The notes under the pieces: generated by a model
Seen by the model: only the letters and a program-made list of their open reading frames with translations
What the model was told of the DNA's origin: nothing
Database searches by the model: none
Position numbers and translations under genes: made by a program
Shown here: one piece after another, positions 1 through 11,771 of the stretch
How the letters are laid out: each line of letters opens with the position of its first letter
Position numbering within the stretch: the first letter of the stretch is position 1
Source: Octopus sinensis
Lineage: Eukaryota
Direction of reading: 5' to 3'
DNA length: 64,000 nucleotides
Assembly: GCF_006345805.1 (NCBI RefSeq)
Contig: NC_043021.1
Coordinates: forward strand, 6,138,001-6,202,000

Positions 1-226
1 AGACAGATTCAGCTGTATAATCAACAGGCTGGTATTCCTTGTACTCCACATCCCAGCTGACTTTGTCATCAGGGACATCAAATCGATAGATGTCTTTGGT
101 TCGAGGGTAGAGACCACCACGACAGTTCGTATGCATCTTTATGGAAATCTTGTAGCTAATTCGCAAAGGCTTGAGCAGTTTTGAGGTATTGATTCCCATG
201 TAAACTGCAACTGTTGAAGGCGGGAT
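1..226 (-). CDS. NUDT9: Coding exon of NUDT9-like ADP-ribose pyrophosphatase (continues off the left edge)
   Basis: Open minus frame IPPSTVAVYMGINTSKLLKPLRISYKISIKMHTNCRGGLYPRTKDIYRFDVPDDKVSWDVEYKEYQPVDYTAESV. It resembles the NUDT9 N-terminus as I recall it (human [43 protein letters not shown]). Polypyrimidine tract plus CAG acceptor at 228-227. Absent from the ORF track because it runs off the edge. Confidence 0.9.
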   Translation of the reverse strand, partial: MPPSTVAVYMGINTSKLLKPLRISYKISIKMHTNCRGGLYPRTKDIYRFDVPDDKVSWDVEYKEYQPVDYTAESV

Positions 227-774
227 CTGTGTAGGGAGGGGAGAGGGAGAGAGAGAGAGAGAGAGTATAAATGGATGGGATGAAGAGGAAGTAAGGTAGT
301 AGCAGAGGGGCAAAGAGGAAGAGGTAGAGGAATGAAGAAGGAAATGGGAGGGAGAGGAAGAAGAAGAAAAAATAATAAGAATAATTAAACAATTAATTAA
401 ATATGTAGATAATTATATGGAATGAGAAAAATGAAGCAATAATACAGAAAAGAACTTCCAGTATTAGGACGAATAGGAGAAACAAACACACACACACACA
501 CACTCACACAAAATAACACAAAACAAAAAAAGCAGACAGATAAACAGTAACAAAGTCATACACACTCATCACAAATTTTTTGAGCTTTCTCCTCCCCAAT
601 CCCTGCCCAAGCTTTCACTGTTGTTTCTGCACCCATTGCCTCGTTAACATGTCCCACTTCATATCTCACCCACTTCCAAACTGCCAGCTAAACTGACAGC
701 AACAGCCTTGCCAAAAAAAAAAAAAATTGGTACCATCTGAGACAGCTAAGTAGATGACCAAACAACTTACTTAC

Positions 775-1193
775 CTATTTCTTTACTACCCTCAAGGGGC
801 TACACACAGAGGGGACAAACAAGGACAGACAAACGGATTAAGTCGATTATATCGACCCCAGTGCATAATTGGTACTTAATTTATCGACCCGGGAAAGGAT
901 GAAAGGCAAAGTCAACCTCGGCGGAATTTGAACTCAGGACATAGCGGCAGACGAAATACCTATTTTTTTACTACTCACAAGGGGCTACACACAGAGGGGA
1001 CAAACAAGGACAGACAAAGGGATTAAGTCGATTACATCGACCCCAGTGCGTAACTGGTACTTATTTAATCGACCCTGAAAGGATGAAAGGCAAAGTCGAC
1101 CTCGGCGGAATTTGAACTCAGAACGTAACGGCAGACGAAATACCGCTTAGCATTTCGCCCGGCGTGCTAACGATTCTGCCAGCTCGCCGCCTT
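775..1193 (-). mobile_element. tRNA-derived SINE family A, full copy plus headless second copy (dimer)
   Basis: Head ggcggcgagctggcagaatc with B-box gagttcaaattcc; body gcctttcatcctttcggggtcgat; 12-bp TSD caacttacttac at 763-774 and 1194-1205. Confidence 0.85.
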
Positions 1194-2036
1194 CAACTTA
1201 CTTACCATCCTCTTAATTATGGCCCTTCATTATATTCCTCACTCAAACTCTACCCTAGCAAGTGATGGAGGATATATTTTGGTAGGGTGAGGAGAGAGCA
1301 TTGTTCTTTTGCAAGAGTGTTGCAGTAATAGAGACAAAGATTGCAGTCTACGATACCTAGAAAAAGTTATAGTCCACAACAATGTCTGTATCATGATTAT
1401 CAATGAAGGAAAGAGGCTACCTTAATAAACTGCTCAATGTCCAAGTCCAGCTGCTTCTCATCATCATCCTCATCATTGTTCGACCGTGGTCGAGACAATG
1501 GAATTTACCATGCAAGCCAGACTTCACGGCCCATCACAGCATTACGGAGGTCCTGTTGCTGGATGCCTGTATCCCTGGAGATTACATCAGGGTAGGAGAG
1601 TGTGCGCCCTCTGGTATTGCGAGTAGATGGCTTCCAGAGGAGAAGAGTAGAAACTACCTCGTTTTCAGCTCTACAACAATATCCAGCAAACTGGACTCTC
1701 CTACCTTTCACAAGCTGCTTCTCAAATTACTTCTACAAATTTTTTGGGATTCTCACACCTATACTTTACCAACCAAAATTATTGCCCCTTCACTTGCTAA
1801 GCACCCAGCCATTTTATTCAGTACTAACGTTGTGTCCTTGAGCAAGACACTTTATTTCACTTTATTGCTCCAGTCCACTCTCCAAGAGCTACATTATGGG
1901 ACTCATGTTTCTGCAGTTAATTTCATAAGCAGGCTGCTCCGTTGATTGGATTAACTGGAACACTCATCATCATAACTGACAAAGTACCAGCTACTCACCA
2001 ATACTTCTTGTTCACTACTCATCATATGCTGTATTT

Positions 2037-2255
2037 GAAGGTGGTGAGCTGGCAGAACCGTTAGCACGCCGGGCGAAATGCGTAGCCGTATTTCGTCTGC
2101 CGTTACGTTCTGAGTTCAAATTCCACCGAGGTCGACTTTGCCTTTCATCCTTTCGAGGTCGATAAATTAAGTACCAGTTACGCACTGGGGCCGATGTAAT
2201 CGACTTAATTCGTTTGTCTGTCCTTGTTTAGCCCCTTGTGGGTAGTAAAGAAACA
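2037..2255 (+). mobile_element. SINE family A, full copy
   Basis: Same head and body; 14-bp TSD catatgctgtattt at 2023-2036 and 2256-2269. Confidence 0.85.
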
Positions 2256-2591
2256 CATATGCTGTATTTCACGACTCATCCAGCCTCTTCATTCACTATT
2301 AACCCACTCCCCCCCTTTGTTACTCACCCTAACTCTTTCATTGTCACCCACTCTTCCTCACTTTTCTTCTCTACCAATTCTATAATAGCTTGTGTTTCTC
2401 TCAAGCAGCTGGTTGCATTCTATCTCTACCCAAACCCACTTGGAACACTCGTCTCTCTGCTTCCTGTTCCTCCACTCTAACCTAGTACTAAACACTTTAC
2501 TTTCTTTTCTGAGCATCAGAGCATGAAATTTGTGGATTTATCTCCCCCTGCCAATGTATTTTTTTCCCTGCAGACATTGCTATAAGACATT

Positions 2592-2981
2592 TGGAGGCGC
2601 AATGGCCCAGTGGTTAGGGCAGCGGACTCGCGGTCGTATGATCGCGGTTTCAATTCCCAGACTGGGCGTTGTGAGTGTTTATTGAGCGAAAACACCTAAA
2701 AGCTCCACGAGGCTCCGGCAGGAGATGGTGGCGATCCCTGCTGTACTCTTTCGCCACAACTTTCTCTCACTCTTACTTCCTGTTTCTGTTGTACCTGTAT
2801 TTCAAAGGGCCGGCCTTGTCACTCTCTGTGTCACGCTGAATATCCCCCGAGAACTACGTTAAGGGTACACGTGTCTGTGGAGTGCTCAGCCACTTACACG
2901 TTAATTTCATGAGCAGGCTGTTCCGTTGATCGGATCAGCCGGAACCCTCGTCGTCGTAACCGACGGAGTGCTTCCAGTCCA
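2592..2981 (+). mobile_element. tRNA-derived SINE family E, full copy
   Basis: tRNA-like head ggaggcgcaatggcccagtggttagggcagcggactcgcgg with A/B boxes; 13-bp TSD gctataagacatt at 2579-2591 and 2982-2994. Confidence 0.85.
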
Positions 2982-3190
2982 GCTATAAGACATTGATTTC
3001 AAAACAGAAAACCAACCCATCAATGTTATTGCCCAGGGAGAAGCTTTGCCAACTACTTCATAAAACACAAATGCACAAACACATAAACACACAAACAGAC
3101 AATTACACACCAAATACAGATATACACAAACATGCACATACACTTACACACTAATGCACATAAGCACCCACATACACACACACACAAACA

Positions 3191-3417
3191 TTCTTTTATT
3201 CTTTTATTTGTTTCAGTCATTTGACTGTGGCCATGCTGGAGCACCACCGTTAGTCGAGCAAGTCGACCCCAGGACTTATTCTTTGTAAGCCTAGTACTAA
3301 TTCTATTGGCCTCTTTGTCGAACCGCTAAGTTACAGGGACGTAAACACACCAGCATCGGTTGTCAATTGATGGGGGGGGAGCAAACACAGACACACAAAC
3401 ATACAAGCATACATATA

Positions 3418-3465
<48 letters not shown>

Positions 3466-3630
3466 CGATGGGCTTTTTTCAGTTTCCGTCTACCAAATCC
3501 ACTCACAAGTCTTTGGTTGGCCCGAGACTATATTAGAAGATACTTGCCCAAGGTTCCATGCAGTGGGACTGAACCCAGAACCATGTGGTTGGTAAGCAAG
3601 CTACTTGACACACAGCCACGCCTGCACCTA
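3191..3630 (-). mobile_element. SINE family B (CORE-like motif, internal microsatellite)
   Basis: Head ggcgcaggagtggctgtgtggt, motif ccttgggcaagtgtctt, internal (TA)n(TG)n, tail gactgaaacaagtaaaaga; many copies in the window. Confidence 0.85.
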
Positions 3631-3699
3631 ACATATGCATAACCACACACTAACATCACTTACATAAAAATATAATCACAGGTACACACATCCATTCCC

Positions 3700-4034
3700 T
3701 ATACATACTGACCTGCAGATGTTTGATCTAAACACCAACAACTTAATGGAGAAGTTCTTAAGCAGATCAGGCCGAAAATGTCGCTAGAAGCTAGGATCAC
3801 CAAGCATAGATTGGCATATTTCGGTCATATTATGCGGAGAAAATCCCTGGAGAAGGACATCATGCTCGGAATGGTCGGTGGCAAGAGAGGAAGAGGTCGA
3901 CCAAGAACCCGCTGGCTTGACACCATCAAGAGTGGTACCGGAATGGACATAGCCAATCTGAAAGAAGCGGCCCAGGATAGAACTGACTGGAGGACACTGA
4001 TCCAACGAGTGACCGAGAGTCGACTTCGACTGAG

Positions 4035-4081
<47 letters not shown>

Positions 4082-4262
4082 GGAATGGTCAGTGGCAAGA
4101 GAGGAAGAGGCCGACCAAGAACCCGCTGGCTTGACACCATCAAGAGTGGTACCGGAATGGACATAGCCAATCTGAAAGAAGCGGCCCAGGATAGAACTGA
4201 CTGAAGGACACTGATCCAACGAGTGACCGAGAGTCGACTTCGACTGAGCGGATAGATAGATA
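3700..4262 (+). mobile_element. RTE (BovB-like) LINE 3' end plus a second ~180-bp 3' fragment
   Basis: RLAYFGHIMRRKSLEKDIMLGMVGGKRGRGRPRTRWLDTIK is the RTE ORF2 C-terminus; (TA)n and (GATA)n tails. Confidence 0.85.
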
Positions 4263-4426
4263 GATAAACCACATACTTCTGCCGCTACTGTCATTACCAA
4301 TGCCACTTCTACAAACACCACTAACACCAAATCCCACTTTCACCACCAACACCCTCACCCAAAGTTAGGAAAAGGAAAAGAAAGAAAGGATAAAAAAAAA
4401 CAATGTAAAAAAAAAAAAAACTATAC

Positions 4427-4584
4427 CTGGTAAAGTTGTTCAGCTGATGACGTCCCCACAGAGGGGAAAGTTCGGCTGATTGGTGTGTAAGAGATGAAGA
4501 GAAGGATGATAGAACCGGTAAGGAGGAGGAAGACCAAAATTGAGAGTTGTGAAGTTTTGTTACTAGTTATTACATCAGTGACTT
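4427..4584 (-). CDS. NUDT9: Upstream coding exon of the NUDT9-like gene, with a hydrophobic segment
   Basis: tttcag acceptor and CAG|gtatag donor; 158 nt. Open frame (E)VTDVITSNKTSQLSILVFLLLTGSIILLFISYTPISRTFPSVGTSSAEQLYQ ends in phase 0, matching the phase-0 start of exon 226. Confidence 0.72.
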
Positions 4585-4707
4585 CTGAAAGAGACAAACA
4601 GACAGACATAAAAGGATAAGAATGGCTTGAGTAATTGGTTCAGTTTGATTGGTTGTTGTAGTGTCATTGTTGTTTAAGCCCCAGGTGAGAAGTGATCCAG
4701 TAACCTT

Positions 4708-4874
4708 CATCATCTTCATCATCATCATCATCGTTTAACGTCCGTTTTCCATGCTAGCATGGGTTGGACGGTTCAACTGGGGTCTGGGAAGCCAGAAGGC
4801 TGCACCAGGCCCAGTCTGATCTGGCAGTGTTTCTACAGCTGGATGCCCTTCCTAACGCCAACCACTCCGTGAAT
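4708..4874 (-). mobile_element. Family C: 5'-truncated RTE-type LINE 3' UTR with (GAT)n tail
   Basis: Minus strand ggcgttaggaagggcatccagc...acggacgttaaacgatgatg; TSD gtaacctt at 4700-4707 and 4875-4882. Confidence 0.75.
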
Positions 4875-5659
4875 GTAACCTTATTATCAAAAATGTTCCA
4901 GCCATGCCCAGCCCATCTTTAAAACAACATTGATCTGGTGTAGCGTTGCTGTAGTTAAGTCCCTGGTGAAAACTGATCCAGTGACCCTATTATCAAAAGT
5001 GTTCTTGTCATGACCATCCCATCTTAAAAACAACATTAGCTAGGTGAGGTGCCAAAGCACATCTCCCAACTATGACCATCCATATGATTTTTGCACTTTC
5101 CACATTTCTGTAGGGTCAGTGTATTTATTCTAAAAGCCGAAGGAGTGGGGTGATATAAAAAAAGTGAAATTTTGAAAAAAATGACTTTTTAGGACTTGGG
5201 TTGTTATAGCAACCACATTGTAGCTGTTCTTCATTTCAACTGCTGGTTCAATGGGCATTCACACATGCAAGGTGGGTATTGTTATTCTGATATGTTGGGT
5301 GAATAGAAAAAATTGGTTTTCAGAGATTTGTCTGTTATTCATAGCATGTTAAGCAACCATATTCAAAGCACCCTGCTTTTCATCTGCAAGTTCCACCAGC
5401 ATCCATTTAGCATTCAGATTATTTTTGTTAAATGTGATGCTTAGTTGTTCACATTGTTTTGGATTAATCATGAATTGTTTTGTAGCTTTAACTGTTTGAT
5501 GATATGATTGTTTATTTTTAGAAGAACATTAAAGGGGGGTAGGTGTCAGGAGACAGCAGGTAGAATATTTTGGCCAGATTTGGCTGGTTTGAAAACAATC
5601 AGAATGGTGATAAGGGGGGTAAGAGGTATTCTGAAAAGTGAAGAGAGAGTGAGAGGAGG

Positions 5660-5853
5660 ATCATCATCATCATCATCGTTTAACGTCTGTTCTCCATGCT
5701 AGCATGGGTTGGACGGTTCGACCGGGGATCTGAGAAGCCAGAAGGCTGCACCAGGCTCCAGTCTGATCTGGCAGTGTTTCTACAGCTGGATGCCCTTCCT
5801 AACGCCAACCACTCCGAGAGTGTAGTGGGTGCTTTTTACGTGCCACCGGCACA
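5660..5853 (-). mobile_element. Family C copy
   Basis: Same sequence and (GAT)n tail as 4708-4874. Confidence 0.75.
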
Positions 5854-6401
5854 GGGATTATTTTTTAAAATTGTAATTTCAAAGATAAATACTTTTTTTC
5901 ACTATCATAATTTCTATGTTATTTCCACATACAATTTCCAAGATATTTTCAGAAAAATTGGAAATCCAAAACATTTGCATGCGGGGAAGTTATTTAAAAC
6001 TTTGGAAAGCTATTTTGAGGGCAAATCATAATCTCCTTTCTTTGGCGAGATCATAAGTCTTCTACACTTAGATGCCTAACCCATCCTATTTTCTTCACCT
6101 GCTTCCAAGCAAAGTAATATTTTCCCATAACTAGACATGTCTGTCATGGATGACTGGAAACCAAGTCTTGCTTGTATGACAATGACACCCATTTGAAATC
6201 TTCAGATGAGATCTAAACAAGGGCACATACCCATCTACCCTTCTTGATATTCTGTTCCCATGCTTTTTATTCATTCTTGTACCTTGAGGGTATCCTCTGA
6301 CACTTCATCACCACCATCTTTATCTCTCTTTCTGGCTCCACACTATTCACCCCTAAATAAATGTACAGTCAAGTTATCTCCTCTAACCTGTTCCTGAGCC
6401 T

Positions 6402-6811
6402 CCTATTTCTTTACTGCCCACAAGGGGCTAAACACAGAGGCGACAAACAAGGACAGACAAACGGATTAAGTTGATTACATCGACCCCAGTGTGTAACTGG
6501 TACTTAATTTATCGACCCCGAAAGGATGAAAGGTAAAGTCAACCTCGGTGGAATTTGAACTCAGAACGTCCGAAATACCTATTTCTTTACTACCCACGAG
6601 GGGATAAACACAGAGGGGACAAACAAGGACAGACATAGGTATTAAGTCGATTACATCGACCCCAGTGCGTAACTGGTACTTAATTTATCGACCCCGAAAG
6701 GATGAAAGGCAAAGTCAACCTCGGCGGAATTTGAACTCAGAACGTAGCGGTAGACGAAATACCGCTAAGCATCTCGCCCGGCGTGCTAACGTTTCTGCCA
6801 GCTCGCCGCTT
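6402..6811 (-). mobile_element. SINE family A dimer
   Basis: Full copy plus headless copy; TSD ttcctgagcct at 6391-6401 and 6812-6822. Confidence 0.85.
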
Positions 6812-7154
6812 TTCCTGAGCCTTCTATCATACAATATGAAACCTCTCAACACCTAGCATAAAAACACTTTCCTTTCTATTATACTATCTCTAAGTTAAGG
6901 GAGCTCTATAGCCTTGCAAGTTACATGATAACCTCCCTAGTACTGGTGCCTCCAAACATATAAAAAAGCTACCCTATACACTTTGTAAAGTTGTTGGCAT
7001 TAGGAAGAGAATTCTGTTGCAGAAACCTTGTCAAAACAGAGAACTGGAGCCAAATGTAGCACACTGGTCGATGTCAACACGGGACCCTCCTAGCCAGTGA
7101 ATGACAAGAGAGCAGGATTTTCATGAAAGAGCAAATATGCTTGACTAGGACTAC

Positions 7155-7182
7155 ACCTGGCAACGCCGGGTCACAGTGCTAG
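7155..7182 (+). mobile_element. Helitron 3' terminus
   Basis: Hairpin acctggcaacgccgggt, then CTAG|T; same motif as 28243-28271 and 34159-34187. Confidence 0.55.
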
Positions 7183-7254
7183 TAAGACAATCAAATTGAG
7201 AACTACACAGACCAGCAGATAGGCAGCTATATAGACCAGCAGATAGACAGAGAG

Positions 7255-7971
7255 TGTGTATATATATATATATATATACAACACACACACATATATATAC
7301 ATATATACACACACATATATATATACATATATATATACACACACATATATATATACATATATATATATATACACACACATATATATATACATATATATAT
7401 ATACACACATATATATATATATACATATATACACACACATATATAAATATATATATATACACCACACACATATATATATATACATATATACACACACACA
7501 TATATATACACACACATATATATATATATATACATATATACACACACACATATATATACACATATATACACACACCTATATATATACATATATATATACA
7601 CACACACACACATTATATATATACACTTCATTTTTAGTTCATTTTACATTCAAATCAGTGAAAGTCCTGCTGCTATATTCCCAACAATAAATATAAATTC
7701 TTTGTAATCCAGAGATAATCTTACAGCAGGTCCTATGTAATTAATTACCCACCCCCACACCCACACATATTACCCAGGTCTTCCCATAGCCAGCCAGTCT
7801 TCCATTCAACTGCTGTCAACTGTTATATCTCAAACAGCTGGGTAGATTTAATGAATTATAAACTTAGTTACCACCATTTAATCCAGTAACCATCTATTGT
7901 AATCCACCTGTATTTACTATATACATACATACATATGTATGTATGTGTTTAATCACTCACACACACACATA

Positions 7972-8019
<48 letters not shown>

Positions 8020-8721
8020 CACACATGTATGTATATATACTCACACATATACATATATATATATATATATACACACATACATATACATATGTACATATAT
8101 ACACACACACAAATATATACATATATACACACACATATATATACATATATACACACACACAATATATATATATACATATATATACACACACATATATAAA
8201 TATATATATACACACCACACATATATATATATACATATATACACACACACATATATATACACAACACATATATATATATATATACATATATACACACACA
8301 CATATATATACACATATATACACACACTATATATATACATATATATATACACACACACACACATTAATATATACACTTCATTTTTAGTTCATTTTACATT
8401 CAAATCAGTGAAAGTCCTGCTGCTATATTCCCAACAATAAATATAAATTCTTTGTAATCCAGAGATAATCTTACAGCAGGTCCTATGTAATTAATTACCC
8501 ACCCCCACACCCACACATATTACCCAGGTCTTCCCATAGCCAGCCAGTCTTCCATTCAACTGCTGTCAACTGTTATATCTCAAACAGCTGGGTAGATTTA
8601 ATGAATTATAAACTTAGTTACCACCATTTAATCCAGTAACCATCTATTGTAATCCACCTGTATTTACTATATACATACATACATATGTATGTATGTGTTT
8701 AATCACTCACACACACACATA

Positions 8722-8753
<32 letters not shown>

Positions 8754-9030
8754 CACATACACACATGTATGTATATATACTCACACATATACATATATAT
8801 ATATATATATACACACATACATATACATATGTACATATATACACACACACACATATATACATATATACACACACACACATATATACATATATACACACAC
8901 ACATATATATACATATATACACACACACATATATATACATATATATACACACACATATATATATACATATATATACACACACACACATATATATACATAT
9001 ATATATATACACACACACACATATATACAC
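7255..9030. repeat. Compound (TA)/(CA) microsatellite arrays containing a 750-bp-period duplication
   Basis: Non-microsatellite block 7621-7985 recurs at 8371-8735. Confidence 0.9.
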
Positions 9031-9425
9031 ACTGGGTGCAAGGGGCAGTTGAGGACATTTCATTTTTAGTTCAATATCCATTCAAATCATTTAATGTATT
9101 GTTTTTTTGTTTTGTTTTTTTTTTCAGATAACCCTTTCAAATTCTCAGAAATTTGGAATCTGTGGAAAATCACGATTCTAAAGCCTACAAAAAAAGGCAC
9201 AAATGAAGTAACATCACACAAATCCATCACCCACCTAAACACACCCTAGAAAGTTCTAGAAAAAAAAAAATCTTCAATAACTTAGCAGCTTGGTGAAAGA
9301 GATTGATAGAATAAGTACCAGACTTTAAAAATAAGTACTGGGATCAATTTGTTTGACTAAACTCTTCAAAGTGGTACCCAACCATGGCCACATTCAGAAT
9401 GTCTAAAACAACAATAAAATTTATA

Positions 9426-9613
9426 TCGAGTGGTTGTATACTGTCAACTTAATGTGACAGTAGAGGATTACACCACCGCTATTTAGCCCTAGGAAGCATC
9501 GACGCTTCCTGTCGGCTTCGACACATTTCCTGTGTCCTTATATGTCCTAGGGCTAAACACCGGTGGTGTAATCCCCTACTGTCACGTTAAGTTGACAGTA
9601 TACGACCACTCTA
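9426..9613. mobile_element. MITE with ~65-bp TIRs
   Basis: gagtggttgtatactgtcaacttaatgtgacagtag...ccctagga is inverted at tcctaggg...gacagtatacgaccactc. Confidence 0.8.
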
Positions 9614-9805
9614 TCGCCCCACCGCCGTACATATCTCTATGAGATATTTAGAAATTTAATATTTCCAAAATTTATATCATTTTTAGAATTACTCTTTTTT
9701 TCTTTTTTTTTTTAACCAAAGCCTGGCAGTATGGGTTTCTTTCTGTCACACAGAGAAATGTCCCTTTACCAACTCACCTTGCTGCCATGAGATATGACAT
9801 GGTTA

Positions 9806-10108
9806 CTCTCTCTCTCTTTCTCTTTTACTTGTTTCAGTCATTTGACTGCAGCCATGCTGGAGCACCGCCTTTAGTCAAGCAAATCGACCCCGGGACTTAT
9901 TCTTTGTAAGCCCAGTACTTATTCTATCGGTCTCTTTTGCCGAACCGCTAAGTGACGGGGACGTAAACACACCAGCATCGGTTGTCAAGCAATGCTAGGG
10001 GGACAAACACAGACACACAAACACATATACACACATATATATATATACATATATACGACAGGCTTCTTTCAGTTTCCATCTACCAAATCCACTCACAAGG
10101 CATTGGTC
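9806..10108 (-). mobile_element. SINE family B, 5'-truncated
   Basis: Body and tail match family B. Confidence 0.85.
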
Positions 10109-10114
10109 GGTTGA

Positions 10115-10405
10115 AGAAATAGATATGTGAATAACAGTTTGAGTTTCAAGGGCCCAAAGCTCTTCAATATCCTCTCGAAAAGCTCGAGAGACCTACATGG
10201 AGTAGATGTAGGTATCTTCAAAACAAAACTAGATCTCCTCCTGTGAAGGGTTCCAGATGATGGTAGCAACACCAAGCCCCCTCATTCACCAAATGCCACA
10301 TATCAGAGAAGGTTTCATGTAGTGAAAGTGTAGCAAAGCTAACAGCAGTGCCCCAGCATGGCTGTAGCTCTCATGCTGAAACTAGTAAAGTAAAAAAAAA
10401 AAAAG
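10115..10405 (+). mobile_element. Degraded CR1-group LINE 3' end
   Basis: Translates NSLSFKGPKLFNIL..RDLHGVDVGIFKTKLDLL; 3' tail resembles the SINE B tail. Confidence 0.65.
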
Positions 10406-10835
10406 AGAAATAAAAAAAAAAATCTCCGTGTGGTTGCCTGAATTGCTAGAAGTAGCAGTCAAGTGTTTCACAAATCATAGCCAAAATCAAGTTCTACCCT
10501 AAGAGGACAGGATATTCATGATGAAAATAAGTTTTATTTTAGGTCTGCTAGTTCAGGAGTAACCCGGGGCCAGACAACAACAAAAGTAACCAAAAAGAAA
10601 TATACGAAAAAGAAAAAAACTAAACAAAATATCAACAACAATGTAGTATAAAAAAAAACATGTGATGATAAAATGACGAAATGGTCATGGGTGGAAAGAT
10701 TTTGATTAGGTCTGACTTGAGACCAAACAAAAGCAATAACAACAAATATAACACAATAACAATAACAAATATAATAGTTTCAAATTTTGGCAGAAGGCCA
10801 GCAATTTTAGGGGACTGGTAAGACAATTACATTAA

Positions 10836-11280
10836 CCCTTTCGTTACCGTATTTATTTTGAGATGCTCTGTGTTTCTTTCAATTAATTTTAAATATAACA
10901 AAGAATTTAGTCAAATAACTTAGTTATCATTAACCCTTTCATTACCAACCCGGCTGAAACCGGCTCTGGCTCTGAGTACAAATGTCTTGTTTTTATAAGT
11001 TTTGAATTAAAATCTTCCACCAAACCCTAGTCACAATTTATGTTCCTAACACTAGCTGAATGATAACTAAGTTATTTTACTAAATTCTTTGTTATATTTA
11101 AAGTAACTGAAAGAAACACAGAGCATCTCAAAATAAATACAGTAACAAAAGGGTTAAGCTAGTGTTAGGAACATAAATTGTCACTAAGGTTTGATGGAAG
11201 ATTTTAATCCAGAACTTTTGAAAACAAGACATTTGTACTACAGAGCCAGAGGCGGTTTCAGCTGGGTTGATACCAACCTG
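10836..11280. mobile_element. piggyBac-type MITE with a second copy (10934-11153) nested in the opposite orientation
   Basis: TTAA|CCCTTTC...AAAGGG|TTAA termini; inner copy flanked by TTAA at 10930-10933 and 11154-11157. Confidence 0.85.
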
Positions 11281-11740
11281 CTTGAGACAGCCCTTGGCTC
11301 TAAGATACACACGTCTTGTTTCCAAGAGTTTTGAATTAAAATCATCCATTGGCACTTAGTGTTAATTTATAATCCAATCATCAATTAATAACGACAAAGT
11401 TATTTTACCGAAGTCATTATTGTCAAAATCAATTAAAAGAAAGGCAATGTGATTCAACAGAAATATGATAACAAGAGGGTTAATCCCAGTGTTCAAGTGG
11501 TACCTGAAAGAATGAAAGTCAAAGCAATCTTAGCAGAATTTGGACTCGGAAGGAATGAGCCCGAAAGAAATGTCCTTAAGCATTTTGTCTGCTCCCGATT
11601 CCTGCCACCTTGCCACAACAACAAAGAAATACATGCAATAATAAATAAAATAAAACAAAACAAAACAAACTCACTTCTGTAGAATTTGGTCATGTTTAGA
11701 AAAATGAGAAGGTGCCTCTAAGTGTGTGTGTATGTGTGTG

Positions 11741-11771
<31 letters not shown>

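Noticed and set aside
1-226. Interpretation as the NUDT9-H domain of a TRPM2 channel
   Set aside because: The in-phase upstream exon is a short hydrophobic segment, not a TRPM coiled coil, and no TRPM-like exons were seen in 64 kb upstream. Not fully excluded.
1403-1945. 180-aa plus-strand ORF
   Set aside because: Runs through old SINE remnants, has no recognisable domain or splice context, and is antisense in the NUDT9 intron.
2592-2665. tRNA gene call for SINE heads
   Set aside because: The heads lack a proper acceptor stem and continue into SINE bodies flanked by TSDs.
4443-4478. CTGATGA...GGGGAAAG hammerhead-like string
   Set aside because: Stem II/GAAA spacing and closing pair do not fit, stems I and III are absent, and it lies antisense within a coding exon.
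7151-9131. Many 100-200 aa ORFs rich in YI/CV/HT (also 21.7-22.4, 25.4-27.5, 46.9-47.4 and 62.4-63.0 kb)
   Set aside because: Translations of (TA)n/(CA)n/(TATG)n microsatellites, which lack stop codons in several frames.
9772-9805. Strong minus-strand donor ATG GCA GCA AG|gtgagt
   Set aside because: Phase 2 gives an immediate stop when joined to exon 4584, and it abuts a SINE tail with no acceptor.
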